Shown here in pieces: positions 1 to 15,725 of a DNA stretch of 64,000 nucleotides. The number at the start of each line of letters is the position of its first letter. Position 1 is the first letter of the stretch. The DNA lies in assembly GCA_964016885.1 (NCBI GenBank), contig OZ024740.1:200942001-201006000 (forward strand), given 5' to 3'. This DNA is from Eledone cirrhosa (Eukaryota). The translations under genes were made by a program, and so were the position numbers. The notes below the pieces were generated by a model, which made no database searches, was not told the DNA's origin, and saw only the letters and a program-made list of their open reading frames with translations.

Positions 1-1461
1 GTAAAGGTTTATTTGCCCTAGTAATACCAAGCTGCCGTTAGTTCTATGAAACCAAATCACTTATTTTAGAAAGTTCTTATTTGAATTAACATATTCAGAC
101 ATAATTTAATATAAAAATCTTTTTCTACGTTATAGTACCAAAATAGTACAAAGAACTAGTATAGCCATCACCCGGAATCGAATATAACTTGGTAGTATGC
201 ATCATGGTTTTATCTGAAGCTTTTCGGTCATGATGCAGTCACGAATAGACACTGACACTCTGCCGACACTCCCCGCTCCCCTTGATCCATCGGAACACCC
301 AGCATATGACAGCTGGAAGTAAAGAAGGCTGCACTAGCATCAGGCTGGTACGTCTATGTCGACACCGAAAGAATGAAAGTTTAAGTGTACTTCGTTAGGA
401 TTTGACTTCAGATCACCGAGACATAGAACAAATATCCAACGCCCTAAAAAATCTGTCAAATACCATCTTAATAATTAAATAATTTATTATTTCAATAAAT
501 CCCTTCAAATGCTTTATTAACTAAGTCACGTACGGTGTATTTCATTAGAGGTATGGTAATAAAAGCGGTAAACTCCATCGAGGAACAGTAGTAAGAAATG
601 AAAAGTGATTCTTTTTATTTTGGCTATTATTACATCTGTGCCTATGAAGCATAAAATACAACCTAAAGCCAAATTTTAAAAAAATAAATAAAACGCACGC
701 ACACGCACACACATACATGTACACATACACACACATACACACACACACACACACGAAGCTAAGGATTGCTGTACACCTTGCCACCTATACAAATACCTCT
801 ATAACTCTCAACTTTAATTATTCTCCAAACTATCTGTCTTATTGTAATACTATTTGACGTCCATTGCAAATCGTTAATCGATATAATTGATTTTGTTCCA
901 ATAAATATTTTAAACAAGCAGATGTTTTGTTCAGCATCATTTCTTATATATTTTTCGTTTTATTTTATGGTATATTTTTCATTTAATTTTGTTTTATTTT
1001 ATTTTGCGTATGTGTGTATGTATGTTTATGTGTCTAGGTTTAGGCTGTATATAAATATATATATTTATTATGTATGTATGATGCGCATTAGGGACGTAAT
1101 TTGTGTGTGTATGTGTGTATGTGTGTGTGTGTGTGGGTGTGTGTGTGTGTGTATGAAGCTGAAAATGTGTTTATAATGCATATGGCGTGTTGTACAGGTA
1201 ATGGTTATGCATGGTTGTGTGTACGTGTGTATATAAATGTAATGCGTATCTGATTATGTGTTTGTATGTAGGTACGAAGATATATTTACATGTATGTGTG
1301 CATGTATGTAATAAATGCATGTATAAATGCATGTATATAAATAAGTGTGCGTGTGTGTATGTATGTATGTGTGTGTAAAGAGAGTGCAGCAAAGAGGGAG
1401 AGAGAGATGTATGTATACATAAATACATTCACATTCATTCATACCTGCATTTATTCATTCG

Positions 1462-1580
1462 TATGTATATATATATATATACATACATATATGTATGTAT
1501 ATATATATACATGTATATATATATATACATGTATATATGTATGTATATATATATATATGTGTGTATATACATATACATAA

Positions 1581-1611
<31 letters not shown>

Positions 1612-1665
1612 CATACATATATACATACATACATACATACATACATACATACATACATACATACA

Positions 1666-1700
<35 letters not shown>

Positions 1701-1938
1701 CTATATACATACATATATACATACATATATATATATATATATATACATATATACATACATACATATATATATATATACATACATATATATAGACACATAC
1801 ATATATATATATACATATATACATACATATATATTTATATATATATATATATATATATACATATATACATATATATATATACATATATACATACATACAT
1901 ACATACATACATACATACATAATACATACATACATACT

Positions 1939-2023
<85 letters not shown>

Positions 2024-2030
2024 ATGTATG
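1462..2030. repeat. compound (TA)n/(TACA)n microsatellite
   Basis: Directly visible; explains the YI/HTYI/MYVC ORFs. Confidence 0.97.
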
Positions 2031-2370
2031 TAAGTAGGATTGTGTGTAAAGATAGTTATCCGTCGTTGTTCCTCTGTTGATATTAACAATACTGAACACA
2101 GAGGAATAATGTAAAACATAAAAAAAAAACAGTCTTAAAAATGGAATATATTGAAATATTGAACAAATATAGAAAACTACAAGACACAAAGGATATAAAA
2201 TATAGAATTGAAAAAAAAAAATTAAGGTGCATACATCCGAGAATCGTGTACATGTCTGTATGCGTGCATGCATGTGTTTGTGTGTGTCTGTGTGTGTGTG
2301 TATGAGTGTGTGTGAGTGTCTGTGTGTTTGTGCTTTACTTTGTTTGTGCATGTATGCGTGTATAGATAAC

Positions 2371-2374
<4 letters not shown>

Positions 2375-2407
<33 letters not shown>

Positions 2408-2409
2408 CG

Positions 2410-2443
<34 letters not shown>

Positions 2444-2476
2444 TATATGCATGTATATATATATATACATGTATGT

Positions 2477-2522
<46 letters not shown>

Positions 2523-2660
2523 GTGTGTGTGTGTATATAAGTATATATATGATATATTTATATATATGTGTATATATGTATATATATGTGTGTGTGTGTA
2601 TATATATATGTGTGGGTGTGTGCGTGTGTATGTGTGCGTGTGTACATATGTATGCATATG
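2375..2660. repeat. compound (TA)n/(TG)n microsatellite
   Basis: Directly visible. Confidence 0.95.
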
Positions 2661-5087
2661 TACGAATGAATGCGTTTGTATATGCGTTACTGAGGGATGT
2701 CATGTGTATGTGGGTTTAAGGGAAATATGCCAATGAATAGAAAGGGGGAACATAGGATAAAGAAAAAAAATAATTTCATAAAAAGAACATTGAACGGAGA
2801 GAGGAGATAAAGAAAATGGAAGAGAAAAATAAATCTTACTTAAAAAATAAACCCCAGAAACATTAAACAAAATATATAAAAAAAATAAGTTGGCCATAAT
2901 TTTTCGAGTCCCTGGAGTATATTTCATGGATAAAACAGATTATAAAATTTTAATTAAATTTCCAAACTTTAGATAGAATATTTAATTATGTTGAACATGG
3001 AGGGTAAATTCTCCTGATTATTATAAAGAAATAATAGATGCAGACGTCAGCTGCCGACGCCTAGATACACGTTGCTTTTTTTACGTGGAACGTCGATAAG
3101 ACAACCGGCTTTGCTGCTATAATTGCATTTTACTATAACTAATGGATTATACGAAAAACTAATATATATTCAACAGAAGCAAAACATAATAAACACCAAC
3201 ATGAGCAACAATGATAATGAGAAGATAAAATACATAAAAATACATTCTGAACAAGTATGGTGACAACACGTTAGCAACGAAAATGACACTAAAAACGAAA
3301 AACAACCACAAGGAAAATAGTGAAGAATATGTTGAAACGGGTGAAGGGGTGGGTGAGTTAATGAGAGAGCTAAAGACGGTGAGAAACAGACTGACAGACA
3401 GGAAAATAAGGTGATTTCGGTAAAAAAAAAAAAATGTGCTATCAGACATGTTCTACTGTTTGCTTTCTTTGTTGTTGGTGGCTTTTTAACTTTCTACCAT
3501 TTTCCTGTGTTAGTCGTAACTTTTTGTGTGGAGCAGACGACGACCGTAAGAAATATTGAAAATGGCAAATGAAAGCAACAGCATCAACAACATCAACAAT
3601 AGTCACAAAGCCAATTATTTGGAGGAGGGGAAGTCGATTAAATCAATTCCAGTACATTATTCTATCGACCCCTAGAGGAGGGTGGGCGAAGACCTAGTCG
3701 GGATATCAATTTAGAACGTAAAGAGACGGAAGAAATAACACAGAACATTTTATCGGAATAAAAACAAATACAACAAAAAATCGGTGACTAACAATAGTTA
3801 CCGCGACTGGGATAAGAGAAGAATCTATAACGCATAGGATATTGTTTAAACTTCTCAGTTGATGAACGTGGTTACTACATCCCTCCCCCAGCATCTTCTA
3901 GAATAGAATTTAAAGAACAAATGAGTCTTATATAATATGAATTTATTGAACAAAATGATGTACTTGAGAAAGATGAAAACATATCGACATACAGTATGTA
4001 TATGAAAAATACTTAAAAAACAGTAACAACAATAACAATAAGGTTTGTAACCTTTATTGTAGTATTTCTGACGTCTCTTGAACTGCGTATTAAAATGTAT
4101 TCACAGTAACGCGAACATAGGGCGCCCTTGCACAGCAGTTACAAATGTCCGATTCAGATATTTGTTTCTACTTTTGGCACAAGGCCAGCAATTAAACCAG
4201 TGTATTACTGAGACAGATATTGTCAGTCAGTTACTATTCCAACAGCAGACACCGTGTATATATGAGAGCCAGACATTAGCTCAAGTTGTGAGAGGGGCTC
4301 AAGTGTCACTGCATATCGGATGATTTCATCTCATAGATGGTGGAATGTGTGACCAAACCAATGGAGCTGTTTTTTATTAGGAATTGATGAAGGGAATCGA
4401 CCTAGAAGCAACGGCAAATTTACGAGTTTGGCCCAAAATCGAATGTCTAAAAGTAGAGGAAAACTGGTCCAAATCTTCCAGCTTACATAAATCGGCTGCT
4501 CACCTTGGCCATGTCACGAGTAACAGAGAAGGATGGTGTAAACGAGCCTTCGATATATGCGGGTTGTTGTCGTCAGAGAGAACTCTGGCCTAGAAATAGC
4601 AAGATATGAAGACAACATAATGCAGCACGCAATATGTTGATATACTAGCATAACCTTTACCTGTAGCAGTAAAAGATTACAGAGACATTTGAATTATATA
4701 TATTTTACAATATATCCTTTTTTGTTTTTCAAATAAGCATGGGAGGATTTTTTTTCAAAAGATTGTACTAAATGCGAATTTCAACTAAATAAATTACTTT
4801 TAAAATCAATAAAATTTTCCAACGTCTATATCAGTGATTTGGGGTGGATGGTTGTATGGAGAGTAAAATATTCTAATTTTGTTTTTCCATTTTTATTTAA
4901 AAAAAAAAACCCTCCGAATTGTGTGCCCTTTACGCGAAATCTCACATTTTTTAGTGAATAAATGTGGCCTACATCTTGGGGCATACAGACGCACTAACAG
5001 GCATACATACATACATACATACAAACATACATACATACATACATACATACATACATACATACATACATACATACATACATACATACA

Positions 5088-5717
5088 TGGTGGCTGCCAA
5101 CTCGTTTTCGAGTACGGCCACTACTTTATATCCATGTAGGAGAACCCCTACCGATGCGCTGAACGAGTGTGACTTTTCAGTCCGGCCAGCGACTTGAAAA
5201 CTCTGGTACAAACACTACACTTGTGACAATTATTGACACATAGTGCTGGGCCCATGGTACCATGTGACGACAAGTGCAGAGAGATCTCCAGATATAAAGC
5301 AATGCCTGTGCCGTGAAGCTTTTATAGTGAGCAAAGGCACTGCACAAAGCCATTCCCACTCTCTTAACCAAGATGATATTTACCAAAAAGAAGAACAAGT
5401 CAACATCATTGGATATCATCAGGGTTGCAGGTGTTATATCAGAGTTTTCCTTCTCCTAGAATTCTGCCTTGACAAAGGCTAAGGGATCATCTCTCCCGGT
5501 GATTTTGGATGGCCATTGACTCTTAAGAGTTCCTTTGCCCTTTGACAGGTTTTGTTTTTAGTCCTGCAGGATGTCCAAAGTCACCCTCCTCACCACGAAA
5601 CCTTGGTGGGGTTGCCAGTTTAGTCGCCAACGACCCGACCATGGGACAGGTTGTACTGGGATACATTACAACCTGTCCCATGGTCGGGTCGTTGGCGACT
5701 AAACTGGCAACCCCACC
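5088..5717. mobile_element. unclassified insertion bounded by (TACA)n, ending in a perfect 51-bp hairpin
   Basis: (TACA)n at 5003-5087 and 5718-5790; arms 5605-5655 and 5667-5717 are exact reverse complements around an 11-nt loop. Confidence 0.6.
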
Positions 5718-5952
5718 TACATACATACATACATACATACATACATACATACATACATACATACATACATACATACATACATACATACATTTGATAAATG
5801 AATACAGGTAGCCTAGTAGGTAGGCTATTGGATGCACGATCATAAAATTGTGGTGGTAGTCGTGGTAGTTGTGGTCAAGATGATGATCAGAAGGGTGCAC
5901 AACCATAAACATAGACATTGACACGCACAAACACACACATGACACACACACC

Positions 5953-6019
<67 letters not shown>

Positions 6020-6027
<8 letters not shown>

Positions 6028-6333
6028 TTCAAAATATTAATAATTGGAGACATTCACGTACTCAAAATATATGTTTTATTATATATATTTCGGAGATACT
6101 GGGCTGTTTTTTCAGTACGTCCTCATCAGATAAAATACATAAATTGATGTATGACATACCTCAACTGTGTTGATGGTTCAATTCCAGTCTTGGCAGTATA
6201 ATAAATATAATAAAACATTTATTAATATTTTGAATTAATATTAATAACTCCGGAAAACTTCACTGTTGAGTGCTTCTAATCTATTGTAAAACTATATTCA
6301 TTGATTAATCAATGAACCTTGTTTAACTTTTGG

Positions 6334-6337
<4 letters not shown>
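6020..6337. mobile_element. PLE-derived fold-back remnant in (TA)n
   Basis: Inverted termini attaattcaaaatattaataa / ttattaatattttgaattaat; HHR in left part; unpaired tail opening with ACTC...GAGTGCT at 6247-6274; (TA)n on both sides. Confidence 0.75.
6074..6135 (-). ncRNA. minimal type I hammerhead ribozyme
   Basis: Minus strand: ttttat CTGATGA ggacgtactg..cagtatctcc GAAA tatata TA ataaaa (stem I ttttat/ataaaa). Confidence 0.8.
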
Positions 6338-6367
<30 letters not shown>

Positions 6368-6371
<4 letters not shown>

Positions 6372-6747
6372 TTATGGTTGCGTGAAAAATGCGTCCGTAG
6401 GCGGTATGCCGGTTGAGCACTCGATGCTCGCGCAGAGCAGAGTATAAGGATAAGGAACAAGGATTCAGTGTTGCATCGTAATATATTTAACATATTACAT
6501 ATGTTTCTCTAGCGATCAGCTCGAAGCAAGATCTATTATAGATCGAACCTGACTCTGTATTCGAAAGGTCGTCAGATATGTTTAGTATATAAGGCAGAAT
6601 CGGAGACGAACTAATATACTAAGCATATCTGATGACCTTTCGATTACAGAGTCAGGTTCGATCTATAATAGATCTTGCCTCGAGCTGATCGATAGAGAAA
6701 CATATGTAATATGTTGAATATATTATAATGCAACACTGAATCCTTGT

Positions 6748-6757
<10 letters not shown>
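6368..6757. mobile_element. PLE-derived fold-back element with two inverted HHRs
   Basis: Arms ~6446-6590 and ~6614-6757 are near reverse complements; left tail carries AGCACTC...GAGT at 6416-6443. Confidence 0.8.
6624..6713 (+). ncRNA. hammerhead ribozyme with extended stem II (mirror copy at 6491-6580, minus strand)
   Basis: catat CTGATGA [~60-nt stem II] GAAA catatg TA atatg; palindromic helix III CATATG. Confidence 0.8.
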
Positions 6758-9013
<2,256 letters not shown>

Positions 9014-9028
9014 TATATATATATATAT

Positions 9029-9237
9029 TTCGTTTCTGAATTTGTTTAGCAAGATTCTTTATCTGAAATCGTGTGTTGAAACCGATATTGTTATACTTTG
9101 GGAGGGTCATGTTGCCAACCAACCAGAAATTTATAAATTTGTAAATTTATAAATATTTAATAAATTAAATTGAAGTGAAAGCAACTGGTGCGTGTGTTTC
9201 TTATTGGCAACATGACCCTCCCAAAGTATAACAATAT
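9029..9237. repeat. short fold-back insertion in (TA)n with one-sided tail
   Basis: atattgttatactttgggagggtcatgttgccaa (~9086-9118) inverted at ~9204-9237; tail 9029-9085; no HHR seen. Confidence 0.75.
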
Positions 9238-9259
9238 ATATATATATATATATATCTAT

Positions 9260-10197
9260 ATAATAAGGGTTGACGGACCCAGCATATTTATCAATGCCAG
9301 TACCGGTTGTATCTCAGTGCACTCAATGGGCAATGTAAGATACATTACCAGAGTATACACATAGTTATTTGCCTCAACACAACACACGTAAAACGGGTGC
9401 CTATAAGGTTCCCGGACTCGAGTTTCTGCAGCACTAATGCAGCAGTAAGGTGCACTGCACCATCTGTCTGCATATATTATGCAACAATGCACAATCGGCT
9501 TATGCGGCTTCATCAGCGGGTATCGCCTAATCAATAACCAATCGATCGACAGAATCCAAACACCGGCCCGTGCCGGTCATGACTATTTATGACAACCGAC
9601 ACCATAAAGCGATTAACTGGCACCCGATAGGACTCTATCTCTCAACTAGCAAATTACAAATTTTACGTGGGGACGGGAAGCTAAAAAGAATCAATCTATT
9701 AGTTCCTGTCAGAAGCCCTCAGCCATCGTGTCTCACACACAAATTATCAAGGGGTGAAAAGATGGCCATTAGAAATAGCAGTTCACATTGATATAAAATA
9801 GAATGGTAGCATTCGGTTCATGTCTCCAAGCCCCATGGCTAAAGAAAAGCGATGGTAACAATGGTAGTGCCAAGAACCTTTAACGGACTTTAAATGCGAT
9901 CATCCATTATATAGTAATATAGTAGCGAGCTGATATGTGTCAGCCGCGTGCGTAGATAACCAGTCTAATTCAGAACTTAAAAGAGTGAGAGACAAAATTA
10001 TTAGCAGGAAAAGAAGTGCATATCAAAACAAAAACACAATAAAAAGTGAAAAATTGTTTAACTTACTCTCAATAGTCCGCTCGTTGGGAGATAATAATAA
10101 TAAGGGTTGACGGACCCAACATATTTATCAATGCCAGTACCGGTTGTATCTCAGCGCAGTCAATGGGTAATGTAAGATACATTACCAGAGTATACAC
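9260..10197 (-). mobile_element. ORF-less terminally redundant HHR element (retrozyme-like / non-autonomous PLE)
   Basis: ~101-bp direct repeats 9260-9360 and 10097-10197 (period 837); single HHR at 9411-9520; no RT or EN coding; microsatellite flanks. Confidence 0.75.
9411..9520 (-). ncRNA. hammerhead ribozyme with ~83-nt stem II insert
   Basis: Minus strand: cccg CTGATGA [agccgc...gctgca] GAAA ctcgag TC cggg; palindromic helix III CTCGAG, GUC cleavage triplet. Confidence 0.8.
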
Positions 10198-10220
10198 AGA
10201 GTATACACACACACACGCAC

Positions 10221-10254
<34 letters not shown>

Positions 10255-10393
10255 CAGTTTAAGTGCAGCAATTTCACAGAGAATACATTGATCACCCGCG
10301 GGGCTATAGTAGAGGACATTTTCCCAAGTTGACTAAACACAAAACCTCGTTCTTGTGAAGCAAACTCTTTAACCTGCCAGTCATGCTTATATA

Positions 10394-10493
10394 CAGTGTG
10401 TCCCGGGGAAATATATACACACTTTGATTAACCGCACAGGCAATATTTATTAGAATGGTGTTGAAGTGTGTATCCATTTTTCGGGACACTCTG
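10394..10493. mobile_element. 100-bp Tc1/mariner-type MITE
   Basis: Imperfect TIRs cagtgtgtcccg...atacacactt / aagtgtgtat...cgggacactctg, preceded by TA. Confidence 0.6.
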
Positions 10494-10954
10494 TCTATAT
10501 CCCAATATATTATGGTTTAAATATTTAAATCCATGAAGGTATGAGTTAACTGAATCGTTCATCCATTGTCTTGTAATGTTGATCTCAACAATCAATCATT
10601 CTATATATTGTCCTACATGCCATGTATCATTAATTGAATGGTATATTCGATAAGAAGGTGAAATGTGCATGAGCTATTATTGTGAATACGTGGGGCCTAG
10701 TGCTTATCTTTTTTAAGTTCACGAATGTGAGTTCGATATCCGGACCAGGAGGTTCATAGTGTCAAGCTCTATAGGCCTTTGACTTTGCATTTCCTTTAGA
10801 CAACGAATGTGGCGTGGAAAAGAGTCTTGTATTCTTGAGTAACTGCTAGTTTTCCACAATTTACCTTGCCTAGGTTAGAGACTTGGAAAGGAACTTTGTA
10901 CATGTAAACCTACCGTATGCCAAAGGAAATATTCACCAAACATTTGAATATAAA

Positions 10955-11340
10955 TAATGGTTTCTGATTTACGTACAAAGCCAACAATTTTGTAAGGAGA
11001 GAAAGTTGATTAAATCGACTCGACTACGTTACTGATACTTTACTTTATCGACCCCTTAATGATGAAAAACAAAGTTAACTTCGGGGGATTTGAACTCAGA
11101 ATGTAGAAGGCCGTAATTATATATCCGACGCTCTACCGATACCGATATATAAATAATTGTTTCTACTTTTGCCACAAGGCCAGCAATTACCCAGTGCATT
11201 ACTGGTACTTTATTTTATCGACCCCGTAAGAATGAAACGCAAAGTTAACCTCGGCGGGATTTGAACTCAGATCATGAAGGGAAGTAACTCTATGCTTCAA
11301 AGCCTGGCGTCTGACCCTCTACCAATACTGCCAATCCATT
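10955..11340 (-). mobile_element. two adjacent tRNA-derived SINE copies (older longer subfamily plus younger copy)
   Basis: Reverse complement of B box (gatttgaactc) and central atcgacccc..gatgaaa..aaagttaac in both. Confidence 0.85.
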
Positions 11341-11481
11341 GATACTACATAGATTTCGACAATGACTATTCAATTATTCAATTAACTAAACATCCAACCC
11401 ATGAATTAAAATGTGGCTGGGCTGGGCTGGTTTTTCCAAAGTTAAGTGTACTCTTATATCGTGTTATATTATATGATATTA

Positions 11482-11668
11482 TGGTGGATTGGCAGTATCG
11501 GTAGATAGTCGGACACCACGCTTTGACGCATAGAGTTACGGCCCTTTCCATTCTGAGTTCAAACCCCGCCGAGCTCAACTTTGCCTTTCATCCTTACGGG
11601 GTCGATAAAATAAAGTACCAGTAATGTACTGGGTAATTGTTGGCCTTGTGCTAAAAGTAGAAACAATC
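11482..11668 (+). mobile_element. tRNA-derived SINE (~190 bp; central segment resembles the Meta/Sauria SINE domain)
   Basis: A box TGGCAGTATCGG, B box GAGTTCAAACCC, gcctttcatccttacggggtcgataaaataaagtacc core, AT-rich tail; many near-identical copies in window. Confidence 0.9.
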
Positions 11669-12238
11669 ATACTATATTATATTATATTATACAATAATAT
11701 ATTGTATACTATTATATATCAGAGTATATTACATTATATTGTATTATATTATATTGTATTATATTATATTGTATTATGTTTCATTATATTATATTATATT
11801 GTATTTTTATTATATCATATCATATTATAATATAATGTATTTTTATTATATCATATCATATTATAATATAATGTATAAAATTATATATTAAATTATATTA
11901 CATTATATTATAATATAATATAATATATTATATTATATTGTATTATTTTACATAATATTATATTACATTTACTCTTGGGTCATCTTAGTCAATATGTCAA
12001 TACCGAGTGAGAGCTTGCACTGTGTTCCATTTGTGGTTAGGTTCAAGATACCATGGATTATAATGGAGTATGACAGGAGATAAACAAATGGGTGTTTCCC
12101 AGTAGGACATTTACAAATGCTAAATTTGAAGTTGAAAGATTTTCAAGCCGTCTTTGTTATGTGGTCTTTTCAATGGTCGAATATACAACAGATACTTTAC
12201 CATAAGAGAGACCAAAACCTCATCGAGATTTTCTAATA

Positions 12239-12296
<58 letters not shown>

Positions 12297-12298
<2 letters not shown>

Positions 12299-12900
12299 GC
12301 CCGGGCGTCACTGACCTGTGGGGATATGTAGAACGACTATTGTCGCGGGTGGGACCAATCCAGTTGACCACCGAGTCCATTGTCATGATCAAACCGCCAC
12401 CCTCCTTCAAAAACGAAGGAGAGGCGGTTTTCCTTTGTGTGATAGCTATGGCGAAAGAGGTTGTATGGTGGACAAGGTTGAAAGGGCTGAGGTCAGACAC
12501 CTTTCTCTCCGGCCAACAACTGATTCTTTTTTTCAAATACCACTTTGGAAGAAGAATCAGGATGGAGAGAGAGGTGCTGTACCCCAGCAAGTTTTATGAA
12601 AGGTGGGTGAAAGTGGCGAGAATGGCCCGAGTGAATGGGCCTTCTCTCTATATCAGCCTGTAGATTGAGGAAAAGGAGGAGGAGAGGAAAGGAGTACAAG
12701 CTCTTCGTACTCCTGGAGATGAGGGTTGCACATTTTTTTCGGGGGTATGTGTTACCCATATAAACTGTCTCCCTCTATTGGGGAAAATCGACTAACTTTT
12801 AAATTCCATCTGTGATAACATTTTACACGTTTTTATTGTATGTAAACTTCCCCCTTTGTATTTGTCCCCTTCTTTTGTGCCCCTGTGGCTAATAAAGAAA
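12297..12900 (+). mobile_element. 5'-truncated Tx1/L1 LINE 3' stub, copy 1
   Basis: Matches 18787-19393 of the full element; AATAAA then (TATC)n. Confidence 0.92.
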
Positions 12901-12917
12901 TATATCTATCTATCTAT

Positions 12918-13521
12918 CTGCCCGGGCGTCACTGACCTGTGGGGATATGTAGAACGACTATTGTCGCGGGTGGGACCAATCCAGTTGACCACCGAGTCCA
13001 TTGTCATGATCAAACCGCCACCCTCCTTCAAAAACGAAGGAGAGGCGGTTTTCCTTTGTGTGATAGCTATGGCGAAAGAGGTTGTATGGTGGACAAGGTT
13101 GAAAGGGCTGAGGTCAGACACCTTTCTCTCCGGCCAACAACTGATTCTTTTTTTCAAATACCACTTTGGAAGAAGAATCAGGATGGAGAGAGAGGTGCTG
13201 TACCCCAGCAAGTTTTATGAAAGGTGGGTGAAAGTGGCGAGAATGGCCCGAGTGAATGGGCCTTCTCTCTATATCAGCCTGTAGATTGAGGAAAAGGAGG
13301 AGGAGAGGAAAGGAGTACAAGCTCTTCGTACTCCTGGAGATGAGGGTTGCACATTTTTTTCGGGGGTATGTGTTACCCATATAAACTGTCTCCCTCTATT
13401 GGGGAAAATCGACTAACTTTTAAATTCCATCTGTGATAACATTTTACACGTTTTTATTGTATGTAAACTTCCCCCTTTGTATTTGTCCCCTTCTTTTGTG
13501 CCCCTGTGGCAAATAAAGAAA
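12918..13521 (+). mobile_element. 5'-truncated Tx1/L1 LINE 3' stub, copy 2
   Basis: 621-bp tandem of copy 1 with the same truncation point; one difference seen (gctaataaa vs gcaaataaa). Confidence 0.92.
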
Positions 13522-13777
13522 TATATCTATCTATCTATCTATCTATCTATCTCTCTATCAGACGTGTGTAACTTCGCGGAGAAGTTTCCGTTAATTTATG
13601 TAAGAAAAAAACGTGAGTTTTTAGTTAAATTTGATATCATTGTGTAACTTGACCCCCCGTCTGAACCTTCAGGTGGTGGGTCAACTCATTTTCGGACCTA
13701 CAGGGGCGGAATATTCATTTGAAACATTTTTTCTCCATCGAACCTTAGAAAAAATATTGTAAAATTTTGATTACGTT

Positions 13778-15692
13778 ATGAACGCTGCGTCCAACGATAA
13801 TGGTGGTGGAGAGGCGGTAAGACTACAAAGCTCGCAGTCAACAACGTCTTCTTCACTAGATACTATAGAGATGGAACGACAAAATGAAAATGTAAAAACG
13901 AATGTATATCCAAACAACACAAATGACACCAAACAGTTCAATGACAACAAAAATAACAGCAACACCAATAATGATGATAAAAGCAACAATGATAACAACA
14001 ACAAAAAAAAAATAAAGACAACACCAATAACACCAGCATCAAAGACAACAACACCAAGGAAAAGACGAATACTATCAACATCGGTGACAACAAGAATAAC
14101 AACAACAATAACAACAATAATGACAACACAACCAATACGGATTCCACAAAGAAACCAAAAATCTCCTTTGCAGAGAAAGTTCAAAAGAAGGAAGAATTGA
14201 TATATCTCGACATAACAAATGCTGAACAACTTTTAAAGGACGCTAAGAGATATGTCACTTTCGAAAAAAAATGGTGCTTTCAGCATCAATTCTCCGGTAG
14301 AAATTCGCAAGGAAACTGCTCTCAAAACGATAGTTTTTAGGACAGTTTCCAATTCTACCCGAAAACCAGTCCAATTGTCACAGAAATAAATTGAACTGGT
14401 TTTCAAAAATTCAATGAATGATATTGCATTCATTCAAAGAACAAACTTTTTGGGAGTATTTCGGTACTCATGAAGGATTAATTGACGGCCCAAAATTACT
14501 CTGTGTCGCCAATTGTATCCAACCTGTACACCTTTTTCCCTACATACATGGGAAAAAGGACACAAAAGATCAGAATCACGAGTGTCACACCAAAGGTGAA
14601 CATATGGTGGATACTGTGCGGCTTCATCAATTTTGATGAAGACAGAATACTGTCAGTAGGAAAGTCCCCCAGAGATGTATTCAATGGGACTAGCATTGAA
14701 GTTCTGGTGCAAATGAGCCCAGAGCGAATAGCTATGATCCCACAGCGTGTACTCCTGGACGGACTCACCTACATAAACTTTTCGGTTGAGGGTAGGCGGC
14801 CTTCATGTTACCATTGCTTTAGCAGGGGTCATCTGAGGGCTTCCTGTCCTAAATTAATGAACCAAAAAAAGGCTCTTCTGCCGACACCCATCAAAACAAC
14901 ACAACCACCAACACCACCACAACAACAACAACAACACCAACACACAAAAATAACCACAACAAACACAGTCCCACCCAACCCCACTCCACCTAAAACCACT
15001 GCAAAATCACATACAGACACAACAGCTCCCCAAGACATACCCCTCCCAATCACACAGACGATACAACAGATGAGGCTATCTCGCCATCCCCCAGTGAAGA
15101 CGAGGGAGAACCCCATCGCTCGAAAAGAAAGAAAAGACATCACAAAAGCAAAAAACCAGCAAACACTACCACAAACATACAACCACCAACACAAACAACA
15201 AAAACATCATAAACAAAACCCCCACCTCCTGAAAACAAAATACCTACAGCAAAACGAAAGCACACACAAGAACTACAGACAAAAACAAACACAACACAAG
15301 AAAATTACACTTACACTTACATAAACACTGAAAACAAAACACTAATGGAGACCATCACGAACGACCCTTCGGTTTTCACCGAAGGGAAAACTTTCACCCA
15401 CTCTATTAAAAATAGCAAAAAACTGAACCTAAAACTGATTAGGGTCCCTATACAAACTTATAGGTCCCTAAAAGAAACATTTGAGAAGGGTGTGGGGAAT
15501 TCCTGCGTGAAACCACTCAACCGCGTCCTTCTCAAATGTCTCCCCACCCCAGACACCCCCATCCCACCAGACCCCACCCCACCAAACATCTGCGTCCCCA
15601 CCCCGCCGGAAACCACCACCCATCCAGACAACCCCTCCAACACCCCCATGGAAATCGTGCGGCCTGGTCCCCAGGAGGCGAAGGGTGAGTGA
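13778..15692 (+). pseudogene. Tx1 ORF1 (gag-like, zinc knuckle), frameshifted
   Basis: CYHCFSRGHLRASC knuckle in ORF 14482-15324; T/P/Q-rich linkers; split over several frames. Confidence 0.8.
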
Positions 15693-15725
15693 TCTCTTTT
15701 CCTCTTTTAACTTTTCAGCACCAAC

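Noticed and set aside
545-2736. Numerous YI/CV/HT-rich ORFs (also 21230-21826, 43133-45447, 55718-56361, 61765-62267)
   Set aside because: Translations of dinucleotide and tetranucleotide microsatellites, not genes
3514-3545. Possible micro-exon (pyrimidine tract-AG ... GTAAG); a similar candidate lies at 25078-25131
   Set aside because: Splice-like signals arise by chance at this frequency; no supporting homology
11482-11580. tRNA gene (A and B boxes)
   Set aside because: SINE head: no cloverleaf, followed by the SINE body, many dispersed copies
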